A stretch of DNA of 64,000 nt from an uncultured delta proteobacterium (GCA_963769935.1 CAVYNY010000008.1:128001-192000), one strand, 5' to 3'; positions 18,431 to 29,102 are shown, counted from the first letter of the stretch. Numbers and translations are program-made. The notes: generated by a model not told the origin, from the sequence alone.

Positions 18431-20263
18431 TTAAAGCTCCAAATTGACATCTGTGAGGCTGATGGCGAATCGTTTAAGGATCAGGTTTTTTTCCCGGCAA
18501 ATTTTTTTTAGCAAGTTAAATTGTTCCGAATCATTCCGCGTAAAGGAGATGATCAGGCAGCCGATATTGTGCTTTTTAACCAATTTTTCAATATCCTTAA
18601 ATGCCCCCAGTATCGGAAACCCCTGGAGCCGTTTGCCCGTCTTCAACAAATCATCATCGATGAACCCGATCGGTTCGATATTTAATTTTGTATTGTTTAA
18701 AATTTCGCGCAACAGCAGCTCGCCGCCGCACCCGGCCCCGTAAATCAGAGCTTTATCGCCGGCCAGAGATTTTCGTTTGATGGTATCGACAAAAAAGCGA
18801 AAAGACCCGCGGGTTCCCAGAAGAAACGCATTTGTCAGCAGCCAATCGATGATAAAAATTCCCTTGGAAAAATCCGTAAAACGGTAAATAAATGTCACGG
18901 CCGCCACCGACAGGATGGACGCCAAGGTTGATGCCTTAACGAAAACGAAAGTGTCACTGGCCCCCATTGAGCCCCAGATGCCTCGGTAAAGGCCCACTGT
19001 AAAATAAGCGACCAGTTTACAAACGATGACCGCCGGTAGAGAATTTAAAAACACTTTGAAATAGTAGGGAAAAACATCGGACGAAAAGCGGAGACGATAG
19101 GAAAGATAATAGGAGAAAGCAATCAGGCCCAGGTCAAGGATTACCTGCAAAATTTGGCGTTTATAGGTCAGTTCGACCAATACGGGCGTGTATGGCTGGT
19201 CGCGCAAAAGTGAAAATTCTTTTTCCGGATAAACCCTTAATTGGGCCAGATAAATTCCCATCAGGATAATGGCCACTCCTACCGGAATAATAGCCGCCGG
19301 CGATGTCAATGAATCACTGCGGCTCACAAATAGGGCGGCAAGCCCGGCAATACCGCCTATGGCATACAAGGACAAGACCGCCTTTTTTTCACTTAAGCCC
19401 ATCAATACCAAGCGATGGGAAGCATGGTCCCGTCCGCCCGAGGAAGCTTTGCGCCTGCTTAACAGGCGGATCAGAGTAACCAGGGTGGTATCAAAAATCG
19501 GGACCATGAGCAGCATGACCGGCACGGCAATATTGGACAACTCGATTGTGGGCTGTATGCCGGAGAAGTAAAGGCTGAGAATGGACAGGCAGAATCCAAT
19601 CGGCAGGCTCCCGCTATCCCCCATAAAAATGGAGGCCGGATTAAAGTTGTAAATTAAAAATGCGGCTAAGGTACCGGCAAGGGCCATGGCCAAGAGGGAC
19701 GCCTGCGGCAGGATCGACCAATATAAAACCACCAGGAACCCCGCCGCGATCAACCCAATGCCGGCGCAGAGTCCATCAATATTATCCAGCAGGTTAAATG
19801 CATTGGTAATCCCCACAATCCAGCCGATGGTTACCATGGTGTCAAGAGTCAGGGAGGTAAACCAATGCAGCCGCAGTCCCAGAAACGCAGCAAACGAGGC
19901 AATGATAATTTGCCCGATCAATTTGGTCTGAGGTTTAATATGGATAAAATCATCCAGCAGACCGAGCATAAATAAAAAAGTGATGCCGATCCACAAAACG
20001 GCGGCCGGTGAAGGAAGCTGCACGGCGCCGTCCGATCTGAAAAAATGCGTCAGAATGGTGGAAAAATCCGCCGTAAAAAAAGACGCACTCGCAAGGCCGA
20101 GGTAAATAGCGATACCGCCCAGCAGGGCGGTCGGTTGCTTGTGCCATCTTTGTTCCGAGGGCAGATCGATCCAGCCCTTTTTCAGCGCAACAAACCGAAC
20201 AAGCGGGGTGGCAATAAGACACACTACAAATGATAGCAAGGGAATGAAGAAAGTCATTACCAA
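18431..20263 (-). CDS. WecA/MraY-family polyprenyl-phosphate sugar-1-P transferase fused to a PglF-N/CoA-binding-like domain
   Basis: LLGGIAI, GLLDD, NAFNLLDNIDGL, YNFNPASIFMGDSGS, DHASHRL; then GLYRGIW, IYGAGCGG, GFIDDD. Confidence 0.85.
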   Translation of the reverse strand: MVMTFFIPLLSFVVCLIATPLVRFVALKKGWIDLPSEQRWHKQPTALLGGIAIYLGLASASFFTADFSTILTHFFRSDGAVQLPSPAAVLWIGITFLFMLGLLDDFIHIKPQTKLIGQIIIASFAAFLGLRLHWFTSLTLDTMVTIGWIVGITNAFNLLDNIDGLCAGIGLIAAGFLVVLYWSILPQASLLAMALAGTLAAFLIYNFNPASIFMGDSGSLPIGFCLSILSLYFSGIQPTIELSNIAVPVMLLMVPIFDTTLVTLIRLLSRRKASSGGRDHASHRLVLMGLSEKKAVLSLYAIGGIAGLAALFVSRSDSLTSPAAIIPVGVAIILMGIYLAQLRVYPEKEFSLLRDQPYTPVLVELTYKRQILQVILDLGLIAFSYYLSYRLRFSSDVFPYYFKVFLNSLPAVIVCKLVAYFTVGLYRGIWGSMGASDTFVFVKASTLASILSVAAVTFIYRFTDFSKGIFIIDWLLTNAFLLGTRGSFRFFVDTIKRKSLAGDKALIYGAGCGGELLLREILNNTKLNIEPIGFIDDDLLKTGKRLQGFPILGAFKDIEKLVKKHNIGCLIISFTRNDSEQFNLLKKICREKNLILKRFAISLTDVNLEL

Positions 20264-20350
20264 AGAATTATGGCATTTTGAATTTGGTGTTTTTGGATAT
20301 TAAAAAGGAATGGATTCGTTTATTGTTTTTCCTATTAAAATAGAATCCAT

Positions 20351-21328
20351 TCATCTTCCCATTTTCATGAAGGCAATAATTTCGTTGAGGATACCATCAA
20401 GATTGCCATTGGGGTTGAAGCCAATGAGCTGTCGCACTTTGTCGATGCTCGGGACGCGACGCAGCATGTCCTCAAAATTCTCTTCATAAGCTTTTTCATA
20501 AGGTATCAGATCGATCTCGGAAGATGATTCCGTCAGGGATATAATTTTCCCGGCCAGGTCCAGAATCGATATCTCTTCCGTGCCGCCGATATTAAACACC
20601 TGCCCGAACGCTTCTTCCTTTTCCACCAATCCCATGAAGGCCTGAACAACATCTTTGACGCCGGTAAACGTCCGGGTTTGCAAGCCGTCCCCATAAACCG
20701 TCAAGGGATCATTGTTCAGGGCCTGGGCAATAAATCTGGGCACCACCATCCCGTAAGCTCCGGTTTGCCGGGGTCCGATGGTGTTAAACAAGCGCGCTAT
20801 GGCAACCTTAAGATTTTTGGTTCGATAGTAGGCCAGCGCAGTGAACTCATCCATGAGTTTGGAGGCGGCATAGCTCCATCTGGATTTGCTGGAGGGCCCA
20901 TACACGATGTTATCCGTCTCGACCAGCGGGGCGTGGGTGTGTTTGCCGTATACCTCCGATGAGGAGGCGATGAGCACCTTTTTTTTGAATTTAGCGCACA
21001 GTTCGAGAACCTTCTCAGTTCCCTGGATATTTATTTTAATCGATTCGAGCGGGTTGTCCAGAATGTATCTCACGCCCACGGCCGCGGCCAGATGAAAAAC
21101 GACATCGCAAATGCCGATTAATTCCAACATGGTTTCATGATGGAGGATGCTGTCAATGTGGACAAAGACGCTGTTGCTGAAACGGTCGTCTTTTTGGAGG
21201 AATTCGATATTTTCCATAGAGCCGGTTGTAAGATCGTCGACGATGTAGACTTCATCGCCCTTCTCCAGATAGGCTTCAGCCAGATGAGATCCGATAAATC
21301 CGGCCCCGCCGGTGATAAGAACTCGCAT
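20351..21328 (-). CDS. NAD-dependent nucleotide-sugar epimerase/dehydratase
   Basis: TGGAGFIGSHL, HLAAAVGV, SSSEVYG, YAASK, RLFNTIGPRQ. Confidence 0.92.
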   Translation of the reverse strand: MRVLITGGAGFIGSHLAEAYLEKGDEVYIVDDLTTGSMENIEFLQKDDRFSNSVFVHIDSILHHETMLELIGICDVVFHLAAAVGVRYILDNPLESIKINIQGTEKVLELCAKFKKKVLIASSSEVYGKHTHAPLVETDNIVYGPSSKSRWSYAASKLMDEFTALAYYRTKNLKVAIARLFNTIGPRQTGAYGMVVPRFIAQALNNDPLTVYGDGLQTRTFTGVKDVVQAFMGLVEKEEAFGQVFNIGGTEEISILDLAGKIISLTESSSEIDLIPYEKAYEENFEDMLRRVPSIDKVRQLIGFNPNGNLDGILNEIIAFMKMGR

Positions 21329-21552
21329 ATATGCTCCTTTACGGGCATTAAGCTAAATTATAAAATACCCAAAGATTAAATCTGTTCTCGGAGAAATGCC
21401 ACTAAGACTCGAAGTCACAAAGAAAGACTTTTGCTTGAATATTCCTTTTTTATCTCCCTCCTTCAATCCCGACAAGGGGGGAATGTAGGATCTCCTCCCC
21501 CTCGACGGGGGAGGCTGGGTGGACGTGAATTAAATGAATAATGATTTTGTTT

Positions 21553-21666
21553 CCTGCAAGGCATGTGCTCTTTGTTCGAATCGTAACACCAGCCAACGCT
21601 CTATCGGCTGGTGTACCCGATTCGAACAAAAACCCTTCGCGCTCTTCGCGCCTTCGCGGTTCAATC
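21553..21666 (-). repeat. Dispersed half-copy of the 59-61 kb array unit
   Basis: Reverse complement of GATTGAACCGCGAAGGCGCGAAGAGCGCGAAGGG...CGAATCGGGTACACCAGCCG...GGCTGGTGTTACGATTCGAACAAAG. Confidence 0.85.
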
Positions 21667-21708
21667 TTATTATACCAACAACCCACAAACCACAACCGAC
21701 AAGCACAT

Positions 21709-22398
21709 TTAACGAAAGATATTGTATTTCAAAATGGAATAGATGGCCCGCAAACCGTCCCGCCACCCAATCTTCTTGCCCTCCGCATACGTCCGGCCGT
21801 AGTAAGAGATGCCGACCTCATAAATGCGCCAGCCGCCTTTGGCGACCTTGGCTGTAATCTCCGGTTCAAAACCAAATCGATTTTCTTCAATCGTTATGGA
21901 TTGAATCACCTCGCGCCGAAACATTTTGTAGCAGGTTTCCATATCGGTCAGGTTAATATTGGTGAGCATGTTCGAAACCAGCGTGAGAAAGCGATTGCCC
22001 ACCATGTGCCAGAAGTAAACCACCCGGTGCGGGTTGCCGCCCAAAAATCGGGAGCCGAAAACCACATCGGCATTACCGGAGATGATGGGGTCCATCAAAT
22101 TGGGATACTCCCGGGGGTTATACTCCAGATCCGCATCCTGGACAACGACGATATCCCCGGTTGCCTCTTTGAAACCGGATCTGAGCGCCGCCCCCTTCCC
22201 CATATTCCTGGGATGATAGATCACCCTGGTCACAATCGGCTCGATTTCTTTTTGGATGAGCTCTTTGCCCCCATCCGTTGAGGCATCATCAACGATAATG
22301 ATTTCTACTTCATCAACCGATGCGGTTTTAACTTTACCCACGATTTCTTTAATCGTTTCGCGTTCATTAAAGCATGGTATGACCACAGATAATTTCAT
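21709..22398 (-). CDS. GT2 family glycosyltransferase (polyprenyl-P sugar synthase-like)
   Basis: [52 protein letters not shown]. Confidence 0.92.
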   Translation of the reverse strand: MKLSVVIPCFNERETIKEIVGKVKTASVDEVEIIIVDDASTDGGKELIQKEIEPIVTRVIYHPRNMGKGAALRSGFKEATGDIVVVQDADLEYNPREYPNLMDPIISGNADVVFGSRFLGGNPHRVVYFWHMVGNRFLTLVSNMLTNINLTDMETCYKMFRREVIQSITIEENRFGFEPEITAKVAKGGWRIYEVGISYYGRTYAEGKKIGWRDGLRAIYSILKYNIFR

Positions 22399-22712
22399 CT
22401 TCCCAACAACTCGCCGTATAACATTTTAATATCGTTTATTAGCCTTTTCTGATCATAATTAGTCAGCACGAATTTCCTGGCTTTTTCAATCATGGGCTGC
22501 AGAGCAGCTGGGTTTTCCGACAAATACATAAATGCCTGCGCCATGGCTTTAGCATCTCCTGTTTCAACCATCAACCCTCTTTCAGCTATCAAAAAACCTT
22601 CGGGCCTTTTTTCTTTGACGCCGCCCAGCAAATCCGTCACACCACCGACTGCAGTTGCAACCACCGGTCGGCAAGATGCCATCGCTTCAATCAGAGCCAC
22701 CGGGGTTCCTTC
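22100..22712. repeat. 613-bp direct repeat, copy 1
   Basis: Matches 23818-24430 (offset 1718); only three differences seen, at 22117, 22119 and 22695. Confidence 0.92.
22395..22712 (-). pseudogene. Duplicated 3' end of the GT4 gene at 24113
   Basis: EGTPVALIEAM...GELLGR is identical to the C-terminus of ORF 24113..25018. Confidence 0.9.
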
Positions 22713-22749
22713 CTTATTGGAATCGCTCAATTTAGGATTAAATTGTGTC

Positions 22750-22782
22750 TTGACAAAATGTAGCTGATTAATTACATTTTGT
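22750..22782 (+). promoter_or_regulatory. sigma70 promoter with overlapping operator palindrome for the TA operon
   Basis: TTGACA-N17-TACATT; perfect inverted repeat ACAAAATGTA (22753-22762) / TACATTTTGT (22773-22782). Confidence 0.7.
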
Positions 22783-22785
22783 TAC

Positions 22786-23256
22786 ATGAAGCTTTTGATG
22801 GATGCAGATTGCCTCATTAAGCTTACCAAAGCCGGGTTGAAGGAACTGGTAGTGATTAAATCCAGAGTATTTATCCCGGAAGCGGTAAAAAGAGAAGTTG
22901 TTGATGCAGGTAAAAGGAAAGCCTGTGCTGACGCATTTGCAGTGGAACAAAATATTGAATCTAAACTTATTGCCGTTATTGATGTGCCTGTGAAGGCCGA
23001 AAAAGGAGATCAGGCATTAATTGTTGAATACTGGAATAAAGATTATGATGCCATTGCTACTGATGATGCAAGATTATCTCGACATCTTAAAGCGTTGAAT
23101 ATACCCTTCATTTTACCAGGTCTCATTCTCTACCGGCTCCTGAAAGATAGAAAAACAGACTATAAAACGACTCTTTGGGCGCTGTACCAACTATCTGAAT
23201 TCATCAGTGAAGATGAATTCGCCACGGTAAGATTATTAATGGAGAAAGAGAAATGA
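22786..23256 (+). CDS. PIN-domain (DUF3368-like) toxin
   Basis: LLMDADCLIKL, IPEAVKREVV, GDQA, IATDDARL acidic PIN motifs. Confidence 0.78.
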   Translation: MKLLMDADCLIKLTKAGLKELVVIKSRVFIPEAVKREVVDAGKRKACADAFAVEQNIESKLIAVIDVPVKAEKGDQALIVEYWNKDYDAIATDDARLSRHLKALNIPFILPGLILYRLLKDRKTDYKTTLWALYQLSEFISEDEFATVRLLMEKEK

Positions 23257-23558
23257 AAGTAAAATCTATGAGAATTCCTGAGGACATTGATCAGGCTATC
23301 GATTACGTATCGAAGCTGGAAAAAATAGAAAAAGCCCAGTCGCTTCGAAAACTGGCCCGACTTGGATTTGAATATTATGTTGCTAAAAATTATCGGGAAG
23401 GTCGCATTACCCTTCGGAACACTTCGGATTTATTGAATTTAAATCTCTCCGAAACTGTTGACCTTCTTTTAGAGATGGGAGTTAAAGGAAATATTCGGGC
23501 TAGCGATGTATATGCCAGCCTAAATTCAATTGCACCGTTGGATAAAACCAACGTTTGA
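23253..23558 (+). CDS. UPF0175-family antitoxin-like protein
   Basis: SMRIPEDI RHH-like start; YREGRITLR..SDLLNL; ATGA overlap with the toxin gene. Confidence 0.75.
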   Translation: MKVKSMRIPEDIDQAIDYVSKLEKIEKAQSLRKLARLGFEYYVAKNYREGRITLRNTSDLLNLNLSETVDLLLEMGVKGNIRASDVYASLNSIAPLDKTNV

Positions 23559-23789
23559 GCATAAAAATAGCTCATGACAAAAACAAACCTCATAAATTTT
23601 TTCAAGCAAACCCGGTCATAGTGCCTTATGTACCGCAAACACAGCATCTACAATTTTCGCAGAGATAGATTCCTCTCTTTTTGACAAGAGTTTAAACTTC
23701 ATATTCATTCTTCGTGTCTCCGTGTTTTAGTGGCTGATCTCTTACGGTCTATAAACGTGAAATGTATCGGCGTTACGAGGAATTAAAAA

Positions 23790-24116
23790 TCAAAACCTTT
23801 GGCAAAATAGACTCCGGTTGGGATACTCCCGGGGATCATACTCCAGATCCGCATCCTGGACAACGACGATATCCCCGGTTGCCTCTTTGAAACCGGATCT
23901 GAGCGCCGCCCCCTTCCCCATATTCCTGGGATGATAGATCACCCTGGTCACAATCGGCTCGATTTCTTTTTGGATGAGCTCTTTGCCCCCATCCGTTGAG
24001 GCATCATCAACGATAATGATTTCTACTTCATCAACCGATGCGGTTTTAACTTTACCCACGATTTCTTTAATCGTTTCGCGTTCATTAAAGCATGGTATGA
24101 CCACAGATAATTTCAT
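23790..24116 (-). pseudogene. Truncated duplicate of the GT2 5' half
   Basis: Matches 21709..22398 (one N/D change) up to EYDPREYPN, then runs into unrelated sequence. Confidence 0.9.
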
Positions 24117-24430
24117 CTTCCCAACAACTCGCCGTATAACATTTTAATATCGTTTATTAGCCTTTTCTGATCATAATTAGTCAGCACGAATTTCCTGGCT
24201 TTTTCAATCATGGGCTGCAGAGCAGCTGGGTTTTCCGACAAATACATAAATGCCTGCGCCATGGCTTTAGCATCTCCTGTTTCAACCATCAACCCTCTTT
24301 CAGCTATCAAAAAACCTTCGGGCCTTTTTTCTTTGACGCCGCCCAGCAAATCCGTCACACCACCGACTGCAGTTGCAACCACCGGTCGGCAAGATGCCAT
24401 CGCTTCAATCAGGGCCACCGGGGTTCCTTC
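23818..24430. repeat. 613-bp direct repeat, copy 2
   Basis: Matches 22100-22712. Confidence 0.92.
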
Positions 24431-25343
24431 ATTTTTAGAGGTCAGCGCAACCACATCCAGTTCTGCGTAAATGGACGGCATATCTGTCTGCCAACCCTTA
24501 AACTCAACAGCTTTCATCAGGTTTAATTCAATGGCCCTTTCAGCGAAGGCTTCTCTCAGTTCACCATCCCCGACAATGAAAAATTTAAAATTATCAATTT
24601 TGCCTGAAAGCCTTAAACATTTTATAGCCTCGAGCAGCATAAAATGGTTTTTCACAGCGGTGAACCGTCCGATAATCCCGATTCTTAATGGTTCGGGATT
24701 TTTCCCATTCTCGCTCTTTTGCCGTAATTGTCTCGGTGTATCATCAAATTTGGCGAATTTGGACAGATCGAATCCCAACGGAATAATTCGCACCTTTTCC
24801 TGATCGGCTATCCTGTAGGTAAGACAAATATCTTTTTTTTGCTGCTCGCTGATAACGATGATTCTATCAGTTAGTCGGCCGAGCATTTTTTCAACCTGGA
24901 TAAACACAAAACTCTTCAGCGGATTGAAATAACTGTGAAAGGTATGCCCGTGAAAGGTATGCACCATGCGAACCTTTTTTGACGAGGCAAGCGGCTTCCT
25001 TAAGCTTAAAACCGCCAATCGTCCAATGGTTCCGGCTTTGGCGGTATGCGTATGGAGAATGTCCGGCTGGAAACGTTTAATTATTTTTCGAATGCTTAAA
25101 AAGGATTTTAGATCACTCCCACAGGGATATATCGCGTCCGAACTCTTTAATCACCAACGGCTCAACCTTTTTTTCATCGGCAAGGTAGGCCATATCGCCT
25201 TCCCCGGGACTTAAACTGCCGCAAACCAGCAGGGTTTGGTAGTGATTGCCTGAGAGTTCTTTGCTCAAATTGACAGCCTGAATGGCCGGCCCGCCGATAT
25301 TCAGCCGTGCAATAAGACGAAGAATTTTGATGGGTTTGTCCAT
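24113..25343 (-). CDS. GT4 family glycosyltransferase (one frameshift near 25118)
   Basis: IARLNIGGPA, HTHTAKAG, HTFHGH, NEGTPVALIEAM; an extra G in a GGG run splits the ORF. Confidence 0.88.
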
Positions 25344-25523
25344 ATGGATTGCTCTAAAGGGCGGGACATATTGCAGGTTGTCTGTTGCGGGTCGTAAAGG
25401 ATGTCATTTGCATTTTATGGCAGAATATTTTTGCCACCAAGGCACAAAGGATTAATCAAACAAAAATCTTTCTTCGTGTCTTTGAGTCTTTGTGGCAACT
25501 TTCCGGTTTATCCGGGTTAGGTT

Positions 25524-27465
25524 CTAAGAATCCAACCACCTCTCCCGCCACATTTCCCACATCAACAATGACCAAAGTCGGTATTGGTGGTTGGTCCGGC
25601 CCGAGAGATGCTCGTTTATTTTCTGCTCGACATTTTTGGTGTTGAAAAGCCCCTCTTTTTGCAGCCGGTCGGTGGACAGATAATCCATAAGCAGGGGTTT
25701 CAATTCGGAGCGAAACCATTGGTCGACGGGAATGCCAAAGCCCATTTTCGGCCGCTCAAATAAATCCGGGGGCACATACTTGGCCAGCAGTTTTCTAAGC
25801 AGATACTTGCCGGTTCCATGCCGGAATTTTAAATTTTCAGGCAGCCCGGCTGTGAATTCAACCACCCGATGATCCAACAGGGGCACCCGCACTTCTAAAG
25901 AGGCGGCCATGCTGGCCCGATCCACCTTGGTCAGCATGGCATCCGGCAGATAGGTCTGCTGGTCGACCCGCATCAGACGCGCCAGCAGCGGCCAGTCGAC
26001 GGTCTGTCTGAAACTCTCCTCATATCGGCTTTCCGGCAGCGGGAGAGTCAAGAGGCCGGCAATCTCGTCTGCCGACCACAGACAAATGGTCATACGATAA
26101 AGTTCGGAAACCTCCGTCCGGCTCAGCAGTTTGATCAGCTTTTGCCATTTATCATGAAAATTGGCAACTCTTAAACTTTGCGGCAGGAAGCGCTGCAAGG
26201 GACGGTAACATTTTTCAGCCCATGAAGATGGAACGGAATCCAAAGCCAGGGACAGAACTTTTCTGAAGGTCTCGGGAAAACGGGTAAATCCGGTTGCCAT
26301 GGCCTTGGTGCTCCAGTAGCGCACATAGCCGGCAAACTGTTCGTCGCCGCCGTCACCCGAAAGCGCAACCGTAACATTTTGGCGGGTCAGGTGGCTGACC
26401 AGATAAGTTGGAATGGCCGAGGAGTCGGCAAAGGGCTCATCATAAAAATCCGGCAGATGGGGAATGACATCAAGGGCATCTTTAACGCTGACATATAGCT
26501 CAGTGTGTTTCGTTTTCAGATGTTTCGCTATTTTTGCAGCCCAGGGTGCCTCATTATAGCCCTGCTCTTCAAAACCTATACTGAAGGTTCTGGCCGGCGT
26601 TGAGCTGACCTTTTGCATCAAGGCCACCACCACCGAAGAGTCGATTCCTCCGCTGAGCAGAGCGCCCAGAGGTACATCGCTGATCAAACGATCGGATACG
26701 GCCCGGGTCAGCAGATCATCCAATTGTTGCAGATAATCTTCCTCGGAGGAACCGGACCCGTTTTCAGCGTGCGGTGCTCCGGGCAATTGCCAGTACGGCT
26801 GAATTTGAGCAATGCCGTCGCTGTAAATCAGATAATGGCCGGGCGGCAGTTTGAATGTATTTTTAAATATTGTGCCCGGGGTCGGAACATACTGATAGTG
26901 CAAAAACAATGGGATGGCTTCCGGATCGAGATCCTTGAATCGGCTTCCGAAAGCCATGATAGCCTTGAGTTCGGAGGCGAAAATCAGGGTGCGCTGATCT
27001 TGACTGAGGTGATAATACAGCGGTTTGATGCCAAGCCGATCCCTGGCTAAAAACAATGTGCGGTTGCGACCGTCCCAGATCGCAAAAGCAAACATGCCGA
27101 TGAACCTTTGCAGGCAGTCCGCCCCCCACTGCAGGTAGGCTTTTAGGAGGACTTCCGTGTCACTCGTACTGGTGAACCTTTGGCCGCAATCCATAAGGGT
27201 TTTGCGGATTGCCATGAAATTATAAATTTCGCCGTTGTAGGAAACGTGAAGCTTTCCATCGGCGGCTGCCATGGGTTGATGTCCGGCACTGGAAAGATCG
27301 ATGATCGACAGGCGGCGATGCGCCAGACCGACGCCGGAAGTTTCATCCAAAAACATGCCGCAATCGTCCGGTCCGCGGTGCGCAAGGCTCTTGGAAGCTG
27401 CAGGCAGAGAATTCCTTCAGGTCTTGAAATTGATTACTTGATTTAAAGCCGACGATACCGCACAT
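25524..27465 (-). CDS. asnB: Asparagine synthase (glutamine-hydrolysing)-like amidotransferase (one frameshift near 27410)
   Basis: MCGIVG at 27465, HRGPD, HRRLSIIDL, YNGEIYN, RDRLGIKPLYY, LSGGIDSS, SGDGGDE. Confidence 0.92.
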
Positions 27466-27595
27466 AACCAGGTTGTGTGTTGGTTGTGTTGTTTGTTGTT
27501 AGTGGTTTGTGGTTAAATATGAATAGTTTTAGCTTTAGTCCAACCGTCTTTGGGGCCGGCGGCATGGCTTGTATGAAACTTCAATGAAGGTATGT

Positions 27596-27853
27596 GGAAT
27601 GGATTCGATTTTTATTTTTATTTAGACAGGATTTACCGGATAATCAGGAATTTTTCCGCCTGCGGCGAGGGGCCTTTCGGCCGAAGGCCGCATTATCCTA
27701 ACGATCCTGTTGACCTGCCCGCTCGTGCCTATCCGCATTATTTTGTATGCCTGAGATACAAGCCTGTCAAGCGGGTTGAACTTGGTATTGAGCAAAGTCT
27801 CGCCTGGCAGGCGGGTCCTGTCCAATTATTTCTTTGAAATAAGAATCCATTCC
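27596..27853. mobile_element. MITE-like element with 11-bp TIRs carrying a nested 102-bp insertion
   Basis: GGAATGGATTC...GAATCCATTCC ends; internal GACAGGATTTACCGGAT / ATCCTGTTGA..TCCTGTC arms; nested CCTGCCCGC...GGCAGGCGGG at 27714-27815. Confidence 0.55.
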
Positions 27854-27863
27854 TCAGTTTCTT

Positions 27864-29102
27864 TTATTGATCAAATCGGCCGTTTTTTTGGCCAGCGGCC
27901 GCGCTGAACCCTGCACGCTGAACCCCCTGATGCTCGTAAAGCTTTATGTACTCGGCAACCATTTTTTGACAGGAAAAGTTTTGCTCCACGCGACGCCTTC
28001 CGGCTGTCCCCCATCTTTCAGCCTTTGCCGGATCTTGGAGCAGATCCATAATTTTGATCGCCAGTTCTTTCGGATTGGCGGGTGCCACCAGCCACCCGGT
28101 TTCACCATCCAATACCGCTTCCGGATTTCCACCCACCCGGGTGGCGACAACCGGCAAACCGGCAGCCATCGATTCCAGGATTACATTTGAAAATCCCTCC
28201 TCATGCGATGGCAATACGGAGATATCACTGGCGGCCATTAGATTCGGGATGTCCTTTCTCTGGCCTAAAAACATGATATGGCCGTCGATCCCCAGCTTGC
28301 GAGCCTCTTGCTCAAGGCTTTTTTGGATACCGCGATCCTCGCCGACCAGAAGGAAAATACTTTTTGAAAATTGTCCAACAACAATGGCTGCGGCCTTGAG
28401 CAGATCGGCGTGGCCTTTGTATGGGATAAGGTTGGCTACGGTTATGATGACATTTTTTTCAGAATCCAAATGCAGTGCGGCGCGGCATTCTTTTTTACTG
28501 CCGATTCCAGCGGCGAACTCCTTCAGATCAAGACCATTGTAAATCAATCGAATTTTAGCAGGATTGCACTTATCCCGCTTGATGGTATCTTCACCCACTG
28601 CTTTTGAATTGACAGTTATCCAGTGACTGAACCGGGAAGACACCATGTCAAAAAGGCGCCAACCCCGGTTTCGATCCTGGTGGGTCCCCAGGGCTCGCTT
28701 GCTGGTGATAATGCCGGGAACATTTACCATTCGACCGGCAAAAGACCCCATAAAATTAGTCAAAGGCAAATATGAATGAATAATATCCGGCCGTAGGTTT
28801 CGAACGAGCCTCAGAATTCGAAATTGGGCCCGGATTAACAACAATATTTTTAAAATCCATCTTTTTTTTGAACAGTAGCCTCCGCTGTGGACCGTTAAAG
28901 GGAAAGTTTTTAAATAATCCTTCAAAGGTCCGCTGGGTTCTAGAACAAACAAATGGCAGCTATAATTCAACTGCCCGAGATGCTTGATCAGCAGGGCCAG
29001 CTGCTTTTCCGCTCCCCCGATGGCTAAGGATCCAATCGCAAACAAAATAGTGGGTTTAGTAGGGCGCTCATGACCGCGTTTTGCAGACATTGTTAGGATC
29101 AA
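27864..29102 (-). CDS. GT4 family glycosyltransferase
   Basis: GGAEKQL, IYNG, ANLIPYKGH, EEGFSNVILESMAAGLPVV. Confidence 0.92.
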   Translation of the reverse strand: MILTMSAKRGHERPTKPTILFAIGSLAIGGAEKQLALLIKHLGQLNYSCHLFVLEPSGPLKDYLKTFPLTVHSGGYCSKKRWILKILLLIRAQFRILRLVRNLRPDIIHSYLPLTNFMGSFAGRMVNVPGIITSKRALGTHQDRNRGWRLFDMVSSRFSHWITVNSKAVGEDTIKRDKCNPAKIRLIYNGLDLKEFAAGIGSKKECRAALHLDSEKNVIITVANLIPYKGHADLLKAAAIVVGQFSKSIFLLVGEDRGIQKSLEQEARKLGIDGHIMFLGQRKDIPNLMAASDISVLPSHEEGFSNVILESMAAGLPVVATRVGGNPEAVLDGETGWLVAPANPKELAIKIMDLLQDPAKAERWGTAGRRRVEQNFSCQKMVAEYIKLYEHQGVQRAGFSAAAGQKNGRFDQ

